DNA of 64,000 bases from an uncultured delta proteobacterium (GTDB lineage: Bacteria > Desulfobacterota > Desulfuromonadia > Desulfuromonadales > JACZKF01): positions 95,936-159,935 of the forward strand of contig CAWFKQ010000013.1 of assembly GCA_963816395.1 (NCBI GenBank), read 5' to 3'. Shown piece after piece: positions 63,069 to 64,000 of the stretch. Every line of letters begins with the position of its first letter. Positions within the stretch are counted from its first letter, which is position 1. Both the position numbers and the translations under genes were made by a program. The notes beneath the pieces were generated by a model. It saw only the letters and a program-made list of their open reading frames with translations. It did not search any database and was not told where the DNA came from.

Positions 63069-64000
63069 TCAGCTTCCAAAGGTGACCGCCGACAACCAGG
63101 CGGCGACCACCGCCACCGCGCTGGCGACTGCCAGCAGGGCATTGAGCTGCCCGCCGGGTCTGCCGAAGCGTTTCAGCAGTGGCCCTGCCGCCGCCCCGAG
63201 GGCGAGACCGGCGGCGAAGCCGAACAGGTGTGCCCCCAGATCGGTGTGCTCGCCGGCGCTGCCGAGGAGCGCCAGCAGGGCCAGGGCGGCGGCCAGCGGC
63301 AGGGGCCAGCGCTTCCAGAGATGGCGGCGATAGCGCACCACGCTGAGGGCGGCGAGAATGCCGACGGCCCCGAAAACGGCGGTGGAGGCGCCGATCGCCC
63401 GGTGATCGGGAGGCTGCAGGCTGGCGTTGATCAGGTTGCCCAGGGCGCCCGAGGCGAGGAGCAGGCTCCAAGCCAGCCCGGAACCGAGTTCCCGGGCCAG
63501 TCGCAGGATGAAGACGCCGCCGATCGCCAGGTTGCCCAGCAGGTGCAGCCAGTCGGCATGCAGGGTGAGGGCGGTCATCAGGCGCCACCACTGGCCGTCG
63601 AGGATCCGCCCGGCATCGGCGCGGCCGAAGGCGAGCCAGTCGAGCGGCGCGTGCCCGAGGCGCAGATCGAGATAGGTCAGGTTGTGGAAGATGGCGAGCA
63701 GGAGGAGGATCGAAAGGGTGGCCAGGGTATCGCCGGCCGGCGGGTCGCCGGCGGCGGCGGGGGCGGGGGCCAGTGACGGTTCTCCTTTTCGAATTGGCGC
63801 AGTTCGGCGAGGGCCGCTTCCAGATGCCCCGGCGGCACCGGAACTGCCAGCCCAATCCGAGGTGCTCCGTCCGGCAGGGTATCCGGCGCGCCTCCAGCAC
63901 CAGCGCCCAGTTCCCCGCGCGGCGCCGCGACAGGGCAGCGGCAGACAGCCCGTCGGTCAGGTCCCGGGGGATCGGCTGCCAGTCCGGGGCCGGCGTCCAG
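63069..64000 (-). CDS. Rhomboid-family intramembrane serine protease (5' end outside window; frameshifts near 63840 and 63760)
   Basis: WWRL.TAL.LHAD..HL.GN, GAS catalytic Ser (IGASTAVFG), AHLFGF catalytic His. Confidence 0.88.

Overview
GC-rich bacterial chromosome segment whose gene content (OmpJ-like porin, futalosine mqnB/mqnD, narC-narGHJI-narK, tungsten-type AOR) points to Desulfuromonadales/Geobacteraceae-like Desulfobacterota (inference). About 20 genes are split by single-base indels, probably uncorrected long-read errors, so several ORF-track entries are fragments or false fusions. Contents in order: partial oligoendopeptidase F, outer-membrane porin genes, a propionyl-/methylmalonyl-CoA cluster, mqnBD, serA, a DAHP synthase with a Phe/Tyr/Trp-rich attenuator leader peptide, a DUF5752-treT-otsA trehalose operon, an orphan PocR/GAF/PAS kinase, a ~10.5 kb accessory module, opgGH, AOR plus a class II aldolase-like gene, yhdH, crotonase, a macrodomain protein, hemerythrin and a respiratory nitrate reductase operon. 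The accessory module holds a GntR regulator, a LIV-type ABC importer and two AprA/AprB-like flavoprotein-ferredoxin pairs in B-A-A-B order. The best candidates for undescribed biology are (1) that double AprAB-like module and (2) a GxxExxY gene enclosed by inverted AACGCAAAG-RCGCAAAG arms, with empty, sometimes nested, copies of the same arms scattered across the window, like a RAYT/REPIN pair. No tRNA, rRNA, CRISPR array or transposase was recognised.
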